DNA of 64,000 nucleotides. Origin: Xylophilus ampelinus (GTDB lineage: Bacteria; Pseudomonadota; Gammaproteobacteria; Burkholderiales; Burkholderiaceae_C). The position numbers and the translations under genes are program-made. The DNA lies in the NCBI GenBank assembly GCA_036946225.1, contig JAQIJO010000002.1:377386-441385 (forward strand), read 5' to 3'. Positions 45,816 through 53,832 of the stretch are shown here, one piece after another. The notes below the pieces were generated by a model, which saw nothing but the letters and a program-made list of their open reading frames with translations, ran no database searches and was not told the DNA's origin. Positions within the stretch are counted from its first letter, which is position 1; each line of letters starts with the position of its first letter.

Positions 45816-47242
45816 GATTTCCCCCGCAGGCCTCCCGCACCGGACCTCCTGCAGGGACGTCACCGACGGCAGGGACGGCGTACTCGCTGCGCCGGCGGCT
45901 CATCGCCTGTGTGCTGGGTGCGAGCGTCGTCGCCTGGTCGGTCAGCCTCGGCATCGTGACTTATCTCTCGTGGCAAGAGACGAGCGATCTGTTCGACGAC
46001 GCCTTGAAGGAAACGGCGCGCCTCGCGCTGGTGCTCAACGCCGCGGCAGCGGGCCGCGATCCCGCAACGCCGCACGGCGCAGCCGTCGAGAAAGAGCCGG
46101 CGAAGCTGCGGCTCTACTACCAGATCGTCGACGACCGCGGGACCATCATGCGCCGGGCAGAGCACGCGCCGGACCGGCCTTTCTCCGCCGAGCGGGACAA
46201 GCGCGATTCATACCGCAACGTGTGGATCGACGGGCAAGCCTGGAGGGTGTACCTCGCCCGCGCCGACGGCGAGGCGTTCCAGGTACAGGTCGGGCAACCC
46301 TGGAACAAGCGGCTCTCCCTGCTCAGGCACATCGCCAGCGGACTCCTCTGGCCGATGCTCGCGCTGCTCGTATTGCTCAGCGGCTCCTGCTGGTGGATCA
46401 TCCGGCGCCTGCTCCGGCCGATCGAGGCGACAGCCGAACGCATCCGCGCCAAATCGGCGGCGGATCTCGCTCCTGTGGCCACCGCGGGCGAGCCCCGGGA
46501 GCTGCAGCCCATCGTGCAGTCGTTGAACGTGGTCCTCGGCCGCTTGTCGCAAGCGCTCGATGCCGAGCGCCGGTTCACCGCCGACGCGGCGCACGAACTG
46601 CGCACGCCGCTGGCGGCGCTGCGCATGCGGATCCAGCTCATGCAGCGCCAACGCGACCTTGCGAGACCCCGATCCGACCCCGGTGGCGACGGCACCGTCA
46701 CCCTTGCCTCGTTGCGGGACGAAGTCGACCGATGCACCGCGTTGGTCGAGAGCTTGCTGGTCCTGGCACGGCTCGACCCCGAAAACCCGGAATCATTGGG
46801 CAGGATCAATGTCGATCTGCCCATTTTGATTGAATCGGTGGTGGAAGAAGTCACGCGCGCATCTCCGGCCGAAGTCCGGATCGATTGCCGCGAAAGCCGC
46901 CTGCGGGCCGAGCCCGCGTTGCTGCGCACGGCCCTGCGCGTCCTCCTCGACAACGCGCTGCGCTATGGCCCCACCGGCGGCCCGGTGACGGTGGATACGT
47001 TCCGCGCAGGCAGTACATGCATGATCGCGATCAGCGACCGGGGTCCGGGCGTGGCTCCTGATGATCGCGCGCGCCTGGGCGAACGTTTCTTCCGCATCCT
47101 GGGCAGCGGCAAGACGGGCAGCGGACTCGGACTGTCGATCGTTACGCGGATCGCCGCGCTGCATGAGGGTGCTGTCTCGTTCGATCCCGGCCCGGGAGAT
47201 ATCGGACTTCGCGTCGTGCTGCGCATTCCCGATCCGGGCTGA
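45812..47242 (+). CDS. sensor histidine kinase (HisKA + HATPase_c), partner of the upstream response regulator
   Basis: The H-box is RRFTADAAHELRTPLAAL. N, G1 and G2 boxes are present (LLDNALRYG...ISDRGPGV...GSGLGLSIV). There are two hydrophobic segments. The start overlaps the RR stop (ATGA). Confidence 0.9.
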   Translation: MRFPPQASRTGPPAGTSPTAGTAYSLRRRLIACVLGASVVAWSVSLGIVTYLSWQETSDLFDDALKETARLALVLNAAAAGRDPATPHGAAVEKEPAKLRLYYQIVDDRGTIMRRAEHAPDRPFSAERDKRDSYRNVWIDGQAWRVYLARADGEAFQVQVGQPWNKRLSLLRHIASGLLWPMLALLVLLSGSCWWIIRRLLRPIEATAERIRAKSAADLAPVATAGEPRELQPIVQSLNVVLGRLSQALDAERRFTADAAHELRTPLAALRMRIQLMQRQRDLARPRSDPGGDGTVTLASLRDEVDRCTALVESLLVLARLDPENPESLGRINVDLPILIESVVEEVTRASPAEVRIDCRESRLRAEPALLRTALRVLLDNALRYGPTGGPVTVDTFRAGSTCMIAISDRGPGVAPDDRARLGERFFRILGSGKTGSGLGLSIVTRIAALHEGAVSFDPGPGDIGLRVVLRIPDPG

Positions 47243-47320
47243 TTCCTCAGAAAACCTTCAGATCTCCCGATTCGAATGGGTTGCGCATCCACCGGATGCG
47301 ACCACCCTCCCATTCGGATC

Positions 47321-48103
47321 ATGGCACGCGCTACTTGCCCCACCCTCCCCCAGTTCCTTGCGCAGGCTGTCCTGCTGGTGCTCGCGATTCTGCTGATCGC
47401 TCCCAGTGCGAAGGCGCAGGACCTCGAATCAACGCTCGCCGGACTCGCACTGGGCGTCGACAGCTCCTACGCGGACAATCCCTACCGGGTGATGGGCGCG
47501 CGCCAGCGGACCCAGCCGCTCCTTTCCTACCAGAGCGAGGACCTGCGCGCGGCCCCCGACTCCTTGGACCACCGCATCCTGCGGAGCGGCTCCGCCGACC
47601 TGTGGCTACGCGCCAAGTACCGCGACGATGGCTACGACTTGGCGGACGGAGCGGGCACCGTGTCCGCGCACACGCCTCGCGGAAAAGGTCTCTGGCTCGG
47701 TGGGAGACTCATCATCCACACCGACGTCACCGACTTGCAGGCGACATTCATGCAGGGTGCTTCTTCGCAAGCCGCTGGCAATACCCTGAGCTTTCGCGCC
47801 ACGCGGGATTTCATTTGTGGCCCAGTGACCATCGCTCCGCGAATCAGCGTGACCCGGCTTTCGGCAGGGTATGTCGATCGCTTCTACGGTGTTGAGCAGC
47901 CCGACGACGAAGCGAATCGGTTCACCGCGCAATCGACTTGGACACACCAATGGGGTGTGCAGACAGCTCTCAAGCTTGATGCGCATCGAACGCTTTCGCT
48001 CGACGTCATGACCACCCAACTCGGCCGAGCCATCGCCCACAGCCCTCTAGTGGGCCGGTCCCACCTGTTCGAACTGCACCTGGGATACATCTACCGGTTT
48101 TGA
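47321..48103 (+). CDS. MipA/OmpV-family outer-membrane scaffolding protein
   Basis: Signal MARATCPTLPQFLAQAVLLVLAILLIAPSAKAQ. The body has beta-barrel-like alternating sequence and the C-terminus is ...FELHLGYIYRF, with terminal Phe. It sits directly downstream of a two-component system, which is common for MipA-family genes. Confidence 0.65.
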   Translation: MARATCPTLPQFLAQAVLLVLAILLIAPSAKAQDLESTLAGLALGVDSSYADNPYRVMGARQRTQPLLSYQSEDLRAAPDSLDHRILRSGSADLWLRAKYRDDGYDLADGAGTVSAHTPRGKGLWLGGRLIIHTDVTDLQATFMQGASSQAAGNTLSFRATRDFICGPVTIAPRISVTRLSAGYVDRFYGVEQPDDEANRFTAQSTWTHQWGVQTALKLDAHRTLSLDVMTTQLGRAIAHSPLVGRSHLFELHLGYIYRF

Positions 48104-48137
48104 ATCCAGCGTGGTGGACGATTCCGGCATCGTTCCA

Positions 48138-49025
48138 TCATCGCCAAGCCTGCGCCCACGCCTCGGCCATGGCGGGGGTGTTGAAGCAGGCGGTGTCGTG
48201 GCTCGCGGTGCAGACAGCGCGCTCGAGCAACTGAATGTCGGCTTCGTGCTGCCGTGCTACATGCACGTCCTCGAAGAAAAGCACTTTGTGGCACTGGCGA
48301 TCCAAGACCAGTTCGGCGATCTGGGCATCGCCACCGAGCGGGCCACTCTGCAGCGGTCGAACCCATTGGGTTGCGCGCGGCCATCCACGCGCCCACGCCA
48401 TTTCGTTGAGCTTGCTGCCGGTGGTGCCGGTCGCCACCCTTTCCCGCATGCTTGAGAGCAAGCTGAAATGCCGCGAAGCAAAGTCCACCATCGCGGATTT
48501 CAGGGCATCGTGGGCGATCAACGCGATCGACTGCTCCTGCGGCGCTGCGATCCCCGACGGTGGCTCTGCGCACAGCGGAACCCCCGTTAGCCGTGACCGC
48601 TCCACCGCCATCCACTCGATGGCCCCGGCCACTGTGAGCAGAAGCGGCTTCGCGTGAATGATGCACTGGCGCTTAAGCGCCTGCGCTTCCGGATAGAGCG
48701 AGGACGGGTCCAACGGATCCAACAGGTAGATCGCCCCCGCGAGCTCGTCGTCAGGGTGGATTCCTCCGGCGATCCGAGAGACCATGCGCATCACTCCACC
48801 CTCTCGGCCGTAGGGAAGGCGGCCCAAGCCATCGTAGTCCCGGAGCAGTCCAAGGGTTTCGAGTGCGTCGGCTGAACCACCCACTGCCAGGATCCCAAGC
48901 TTTGCGACCCGAATGGATTGCTCCGATTCGCGCACCCATTGCGCGAGGCCGCCATCCGGCGGTGTCCGGTGCAGGCGGTGCGCCGCGAGGCCGAACTTGC
49001 GCGACGGCAACGATGTAGACGTCAC
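48138..49025 (-). CDS. protein with two tandem methylglyoxal-synthase-like (MGS) domains: N-terminal degenerate, C-terminal canonical
   Basis: The C-terminal domain reads SIALIAHDALKSAMVDFASRH...VATGTTGSKLNE...LQSGPLGGDAQIAELV...VLFFEDVHVARQHEADIQLLERA. Compare MgsA IALVAHD / ATGTTG / SGPMGGD / PHDPDV. The N-terminal domain reads KFGLAAHR...ILAVGGSADALE...YGREGG...IYLLDPLDPSSLYPEAQALKR, the same order of blocks with key residues replaced. The proposed GTG start at 49025 overlaps the aldolase stop (GTGA). Confidence 0.65.
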   Translation of the reverse strand: MTSTSLPSRKFGLAAHRLHRTPPDGGLAQWVRESEQSIRVAKLGILAVGGSADALETLGLLRDYDGLGRLPYGREGGVMRMVSRIAGGIHPDDELAGAIYLLDPLDPSSLYPEAQALKRQCIIHAKPLLLTVAGAIEWMAVERSRLTGVPLCAEPPSGIAAPQEQSIALIAHDALKSAMVDFASRHFSLLSSMRERVATGTTGSKLNEMAWARGWPRATQWVRPLQSGPLGGDAQIAELVLDRQCHKVLFFEDVHVARQHEADIQLLERAVCTASHDTACFNTPAMAEAWAQAWR

Positions 49026-49712
49026 CAATACGCCCCGAACGTCTGCCGCAGTTCCGCAATCGATTCTTCCGCTAAAGGTGCGCATTGACCGCGCGACAAC
49101 AACCAGAGCTTTGCCGTCTCCTCGAGCTCTTCCAGGGTCGCCATCGCCTCCGACGGCGAACCGTGCCACACGTTCGGACCGAGCCGGTCGAGCATCACGG
49201 CGCGCAACGCGATCCCGCGCGCCGCGTAGCTTCCGATCAGCCGCGCCACTTCGTCGCCCACGGCAGGATCGCCCGGCCGGTGGTAGGGCACCAACGGCAC
49301 CCGGCCGACCTTCATGACGAAATACGGCGTGATCGGAGGCAGCAGCTCCCCCGCATCGACGGCTTGGCCGCGGTTCGCCAGGGTGAGCGCGACCAAGTGG
49401 GTGCTGTGGGTATGGATGACGCAACGGGCGGCGTTGCCCGCCTCCGCGCTCGCCTGGTAGATGCGGCGGTGGAGCACGATGGTCTTGCTGCCGCGCGCGC
49501 CGCCGACCTGAACGCCCTGCTCGTCGAGACGTGCGAGCGTCGCGGGATCAAGGCGGGCGAGGCAGGCGTCGGTGGGGGGTGATCAGGAAGCCGCCGCCGT
49601 CCTCGGGCGCGAGCCGCACGCTGATGTTGCCCGCCGTCGCATGGACGTAGTTGCGGGCGAAGAGGCTTTCGCCGACGCGGCAGATTTCTTCGCGGGCCTG
49701 GGTTTCGTTCAC
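49022..49712 (-). pseudogene. class II aldolase/adducin-family protein (OtnC-like decarboxylase/aldolase), reading frame broken in a G6/C6 run
   Basis: The GTG start at 49712 (GGAGAAGG upstream) gives VNETQAREEICRVGESLFARNYVHATAGNISVRLAPEDGGGFLITP, then the frame is lost at 49574-49579. With one base fewer it continues TDACLARLDPATLARLDEQGVQVGGARGSKTIVLHRRIYQASAEAGNAARCVIHTHSTHLVAL...PYHRPGDP..., a canonical class II aldolase. Confidence 0.8.
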
Positions 49713-50644
49713 TTGCCTTCTCCGACTTTCGTGATGCGGGCGGTGTTGAGGTGCTGGCGCATGAAGAGCGACGCCTCCATGCGGTCGCCCTGGACCAGCA
49801 ACTCGATCAACTGCAGGTGCTCTTCGCACTGCCGATGGAGCCGGCTGCGGTCGAGCCGGGTGCCATACTCCACGATACGCCGCATCTGGTTGACGCTGCG
49901 CAGCGCGTCCAGCACGAAACGGTTGCCGCTGCCGGCGGCGACCGTCTCGTGGAAATGGGTGCCGGCCTGAAAGAGCTGGGCGGGGGTGCATTGCTCGATG
50001 CCGCCGTCGAGCAGGTCGACCTGCTCCCGGCGGCAGCGCTCCAGCTCGGCCAGGTCCACCGCATAGCCCGGCTCCAGGATCGCCGCCGGCTCCAGCATCA
50101 TCCGGAAGCGGTAGCTCTCGCGGTGGGATTCGACCGTGGACAGGAGTTCGCGGAACATCCATCCCCGGCCCGGTTTCCGATCGATCAGGCTGTCGCGGGC
50201 CATGGTGTTGAGCAGGCGCTGAACCTGCAGCCGCGTGAGGTCGTAGCGCTCCATCAGGTCCGCTTCGGTGATCTCCTTCGCGATCAGGCCGCTGATCCGG
50301 TCGTTCGCGACCCGGAGGTACAGGTCATCCAGCGGGGGCGTGGCGTCCGACAAGTCCACTTCCGCGAGCTCCCGCGCGTCCTTCGCAAGCTGGAAACCCT
50401 TGTTCGGCTCTGACCGCACCGCGCCCGTCGACTCCAGGTACTGCAAGGCTTTGCGGACCGGGGACCGGGATACGTTCAGAGCGTCGCACAGGGATTGCTC
50501 CGTGAGCCGGGCACCGCGGGTCAGCCCGTCGCGCCGAGCCATCTCCAGGATGCGCGCGGCGAGCGTCGGAATCAGCGGACTGACGTTTCCGGGCGCGCCC
50601 GTTGGCGGTGGTTCGGCTGCAGCAGGATGGGGCATGGGAGTCAA
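49709..50644 (-). CDS. GntR-like regulator with two tandem winged-HTH modules plus an FCD-like domain
   Basis: wHTH-1: LTEQSLCDALNVSRSPVRKALQYLESTGAVRSEPNKGFQL. wHTH-2: TEADLMERYDLTRLQVQRLLNTMARDSLIDRKPGRGWMF. FCD-like: THFHETVAAGSGNRFVLDAL. The stop overlaps the aldolase GTG (GTGA). Confidence 0.75.
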   Translation of the reverse strand: MTPMPHPAAAEPPPTGAPGNVSPLIPTLAARILEMARRDGLTRGARLTEQSLCDALNVSRSPVRKALQYLESTGAVRSEPNKGFQLAKDARELAEVDLSDATPPLDDLYLRVANDRISGLIAKEITEADLMERYDLTRLQVQRLLNTMARDSLIDRKPGRGWMFRELLSTVESHRESYRFRMMLEPAAILEPGYAVDLAELERCRREQVDLLDGGIEQCTPAQLFQAGTHFHETVAAGSGNRFVLDALRSVNQMRRIVEYGTRLDRSRLHRQCEEHLQLIELLVQGDRMEASLFMRQHLNTARITKVGEGK

Positions 50645-50648
50645 TCGA

Positions 50649-51920
50649 TCAGCGGAGGAGGTCGAAAGCCTTCGTGAAGAAGTCCGTCGAACCGAAGTTC
50701 CCGGATTTCAGGGTGATGTGGAGGCTTCCGTAGGAAGCATACGGCGACTGCGCATGGCACCACGGAACCCCGGGCGCGATCTGCGGCCCGATGCGCATGC
50801 GGTCGATGTCGAGCGCTTGCACACAGGCACCGGACGTCTCGCCGCCGGCGACCACGAGTTGCCCCACGCCGCGCTCGGCGAGGCCGCGCGCGATGGCGGA
50901 CAGCGCGGCCTCGACCATGTGCCCTGCCCTTTCCACTCCGACCCTCGCCTGCACCGCGCGGACGGCGTCGGGCTCCGCCGTGGCGTAGATCAGGACCAGG
51001 CCCTCCCGCAGCTGCCGCTCCGCCCAGGACAGCGCTTCACCGACTAGGTCGGCGCCATCCGCGAGGCGCAGCGGATCGATGGCGAACGACTCGCCGCCCC
51101 GCGCCTTGAAATCGGCGACCTGGGCATTCGTTGCCACCGAGCAGCTACCCGAGACGATCGCGCGGGCGCCTGCGGCCGGGGGCAGGTCCGAAGCGCGGTC
51201 GTCCGCGCGCACCCCGAAGTTCTGCGGCAGGCCAATGGCCACGCCGGACCCCGCCGTGACCAGCGGCAGCTCAGCGAATGCCGGTCCCATCGCCATCAGG
51301 TCAGCGTTGTCGGTTGCATCGACGATTGCCATCTGCACGCCTTGTTCCCGGAGCGATGAAATACGCTTGCGAATCGCATCAGTTCCTTGGCGCACGACCG
51401 TGTGATCAATCAGTCCGACCTTCCGGGCAGTCTGCGCCTGCAGAACCCGGACCAGGTTGGAGTCGGTCATTGGTGTCAGCGGGTGGTTCCGCATGCCCGA
51501 TTCTTGCAGCAGGACGTCGCCTGCGAACAGGTAGCCTTTGAAGATGGTCCGGCCGTTCTCCGGGAAAGCCGGGCAGGCGATGGTGAAGTCAGCGCCCAGA
51601 TCGTCCATCAGCGCATCGGTCACCGGACCGATATTGCCTTCTGGCGTTGAATCGAAAGTCGAGCAATATTTGAAATAGAGCTGCCCTGCGTTTTGTTCTT
51701 TCAACCAACGTAGCGCCCCCAGGGATTGCTCGACCGCTTCGGCAGCAGGAATCGTCCGGGACTTCAATGCGATGACGACGGCATCGACGTCTTCGGTAAG
51801 GTGCCCGTCCGGCACGCCCATCGTCTGGACGACGCGCATCCCGGAACGCACGAGGTTGTTCGCGAGATCGGTCGCGCCGGTGAAATCGTCGGCGATGCAA
51901 CCCAGGTGGAGCGTGCGCAT
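50649..51920 (-). CDS. DUF1537-family four-carbon acid-sugar kinase (OtnK/DtnK/DenK-like)
   Basis: Start MRTLHLGCIADDFTGATDLANNLVRSGMRVVQ (cat 51918-51920). ...YFKYCSTFDST..GNIGPV.DAL...ACPAFPENGRTIF.GYLF....LL.ES.M.NHPLTPM.DSNL has the DDFTGA N-terminal motif and other blocks typical of DUF1537 kinases. Confidence 0.8.
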   Translation of the reverse strand: MRTLHLGCIADDFTGATDLANNLVRSGMRVVQTMGVPDGHLTEDVDAVVIALKSRTIPAAEAVEQSLGALRWLKEQNAGQLYFKYCSTFDSTPEGNIGPVTDALMDDLGADFTIACPAFPENGRTIFKGYLFAGDVLLQESGMRNHPLTPMTDSNLVRVLQAQTARKVGLIDHTVVRQGTDAIRKRISSLREQGVQMAIVDATDNADLMAMGPAFAELPLVTAGSGVAIGLPQNFGVRADDRASDLPPAAGARAIVSGSCSVATNAQVADFKARGGESFAIDPLRLADGADLVGEALSWAERQLREGLVLIYATAEPDAVRAVQARVGVERAGHMVEAALSAIARGLAERGVGQLVVAGGETSGACVQALDIDRMRIGPQIAPGVPWCHAQSPYASYGSLHITLKSGNFGSTDFFTKAFDLLR

Positions 51921-51939
51921 GGCGTGCCGGTCCTCTCGT

Positions 51940-53013
51940 TCAGACGCTGGCGACGGCCTTGGCCACTTCAGCGGCGAAGGCCTTGCAGCCCATGGTTCCG
52001 CCGATGTCGGCGGTGCGGGTCGCAGGGTTCTCGAGCACCTTGTCGACCGCAGCTTCCATCGCCTTGCCGGCCTTCTTGAGGCCTTCGTCACCGCGCTTGT
52101 CGCCCAGCCAACTGGCCATCATCGCCACCGACAGGATCATGGAGGTCGGGTTGGCCTTGTCCATGCCGGCGATGGTCGGCGCAGAGCCGTGCTGGGCCTG
52201 GGCGCAGCACAGGTCGTCGCTCGCCATGATGGAGCCCGCGAGGCCGAGACTGCCAGAGAGCTCGCTGCACAGGTCGGACAAGATGTCGCCGTAGAAGTTG
52301 GTTGCGACCAGCACATCGAAGCGCTCCGGCTCCTTGATCAGGTGTGCGGTCGACGCGTCGACCAGCAGGTCGTCGAGCTGCACCTCTGGGAAGTCCTTCG
52401 CCACGTGGCGCACGGCCTCGAGGAACAGGCCGTCGGTCATGTGGAAGCTATTCGCCTTGTGGATGGCGGTGACCTTCTTGCGGCGGGTCATGGCCAGCTC
52501 GAAGGCGCGGCGGGCTATGCGCTCGCTGCAGTGGCGGGTGATCTTGCGGGTGGACAGCGCCATGTCCGGGCTCGGCATGACTTCGCCCCAGCCGCGCGAC
52601 ATGTTGCGGTCGGGGTAGAAGCCTTCGGTCGCCTCGCGCATGATGACCAGGTCCATCGACTTGCCAGCCTTCATGTTCGATTCCAGGAAAGGCCGGGTGC
52701 GCGCCGGACGCACATTCGCGTAGAGGTCCAGGCCGATCCGGTAGGCGGCCGAGACGTTGCGCCCGCCCTTCTCCGGCGCCGGGTAATCGGCGTGCGACTG
52801 GGTGCCCAGGATGATGCCGTCGTAGGTCTTCGAGCGCTCGAGCAGCTCGTCACGGATCGTGACGCCGTACTTCTTGAGGCTGGCGAAGCCCAGGTCTTCG
52901 TAGTCGAACTGCAGGTCGAGGCCGAAGCGCTCGCCGGCGGCCTTGAGCACTTGCACGGATGCGTCGACGATCTCGGGGCCGATGCCGTCGCAGGGCAGAA
53001 CGATGAATTTCAT
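51940..53013 (-). CDS. isocitrate/isopropylmalate dehydrogenase-family dehydrogenase (paralogue of 32457..33524)
   Basis: MKFIVLPCDGIGPEIV...YANVRPARTR...MREATEGFYPDRNMSRGWGEVMPSPDMALS.RKITRHCSERIARRAFELAM.RRKKVTAIHKANSFHMTDGLFLE... contains long blocks identical to the other copy. Confidence 0.9.
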   Translation of the reverse strand: MKFIVLPCDGIGPEIVDASVQVLKAAGERFGLDLQFDYEDLGFASLKKYGVTIRDELLERSKTYDGIILGTQSHADYPAPEKGGRNVSAAYRIGLDLYANVRPARTRPFLESNMKAGKSMDLVIMREATEGFYPDRNMSRGWGEVMPSPDMALSTRKITRHCSERIARRAFELAMTRRKKVTAIHKANSFHMTDGLFLEAVRHVAKDFPEVQLDDLLVDASTAHLIKEPERFDVLVATNFYGDILSDLCSELSGSLGLAGSIMASDDLCCAQAQHGSAPTIAGMDKANPTSMILSVAMMASWLGDKRGDEGLKKAGKAMEAAVDKVLENPATRTADIGGTMGCKAFAAEVAKAVASV

Positions 53014-53054
53014 GAGGAACTCCGGTAGGTTGGCAGATTGACGAAGGGCAAGAG

Positions 53055-53768
53055 TCAGGTCGACTCGACGGATTTCTTGAGCGAGCGGACTGCGCTATCG
53101 GGGCTGCTCAGGACGGGTACAGAAAGGTCGGCGGCCACGCGTTCGCGCATATGGGCGGTGGAGAACTGGCCGAGCATCACGATGTCGCATCCTCGGAGCT
53201 CGCGGGCAGCTGCCAGCACCTGTGCATCGTGATCAGCAGGACGGCCTTGCGACAAGGCTTCCAGGGCGCCAGCAGGGCACTCGACATGAAGCGTGAAATC
53301 GATGCCCCGTTTGCCAGCGATTGCTTCCAGTTCGTGGCGCATGCTGGCGACGGACGCTGCGAAGGTCGAGATCATTCCGATGCGACCCGGTCGACCTAGA
53401 CCGGCGCAGACATCCAAAGCCTCTTCGAACATGGCTTCGTTCGGTTTGAGCGTCGGCACGCCTGCCGAAGCGCCTGCAGCCTCGATCGCCGGGCCGAAGG
53501 CCGAGCATGTGAACAGGATCCCAACCGCGCCGGATTGCACCGCATAACGCGCCAGTGCGATGAATCGTTCTGTCAATGCCTCGTCGATCCAGCCAGCAGC
53601 AGAAAGGTCTGGCGACAGGCTGTCATCCAGCAAATCCATACGCACGGCCTCCGGCCAGAGCTGCTTGAAGGCCTTCCTCACAGGCTCCATCGCAAGCGGC
53701 GTGGCATGTATCAAAGCAATCCTTGATTCATTCATTGGTAGATTTTTGCTCATAGGGTTGGCACTCAT
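53055..53768 (-). CDS. Asp/Glu/hydantoin racemase superfamily protein (arylmalonate-decarboxylase/maleate-isomerase-like)
   Basis: ...RIALIHATPLAMEPVRKAF...AVGILFTCSAFGPAIEAA......PTLKPNEAMFE...IGMISTFA.....CDIVMLGQFS shows the two-lobed Asp/Glu-racemase pattern with Cys in the TCSAF block. The start is uncertain (53768 or 53735). Confidence 0.65.
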   Translation of the reverse strand: MSANPMSKNLPMNESRIALIHATPLAMEPVRKAFKQLWPEAVRMDLLDDSLSPDLSAAGWIDEALTERFIALARYAVQSGAVGILFTCSAFGPAIEAAGASAGVPTLKPNEAMFEEALDVCAGLGRPGRIGMISTFAASVASMRHELEAIAGKRGIDFTLHVECPAGALEALSQGRPADHDAQVLAAARELRGCDIVMLGQFSTAHMRERVAADLSVPVLSSPDSAVRSLKKSVEST

Positions 53769-53832
53769 TGTACTTATAAATCTTTAAATACAATCAGGGA
53801 ATCCACCGAACTGGTGCAATCCTGGAGACGAC

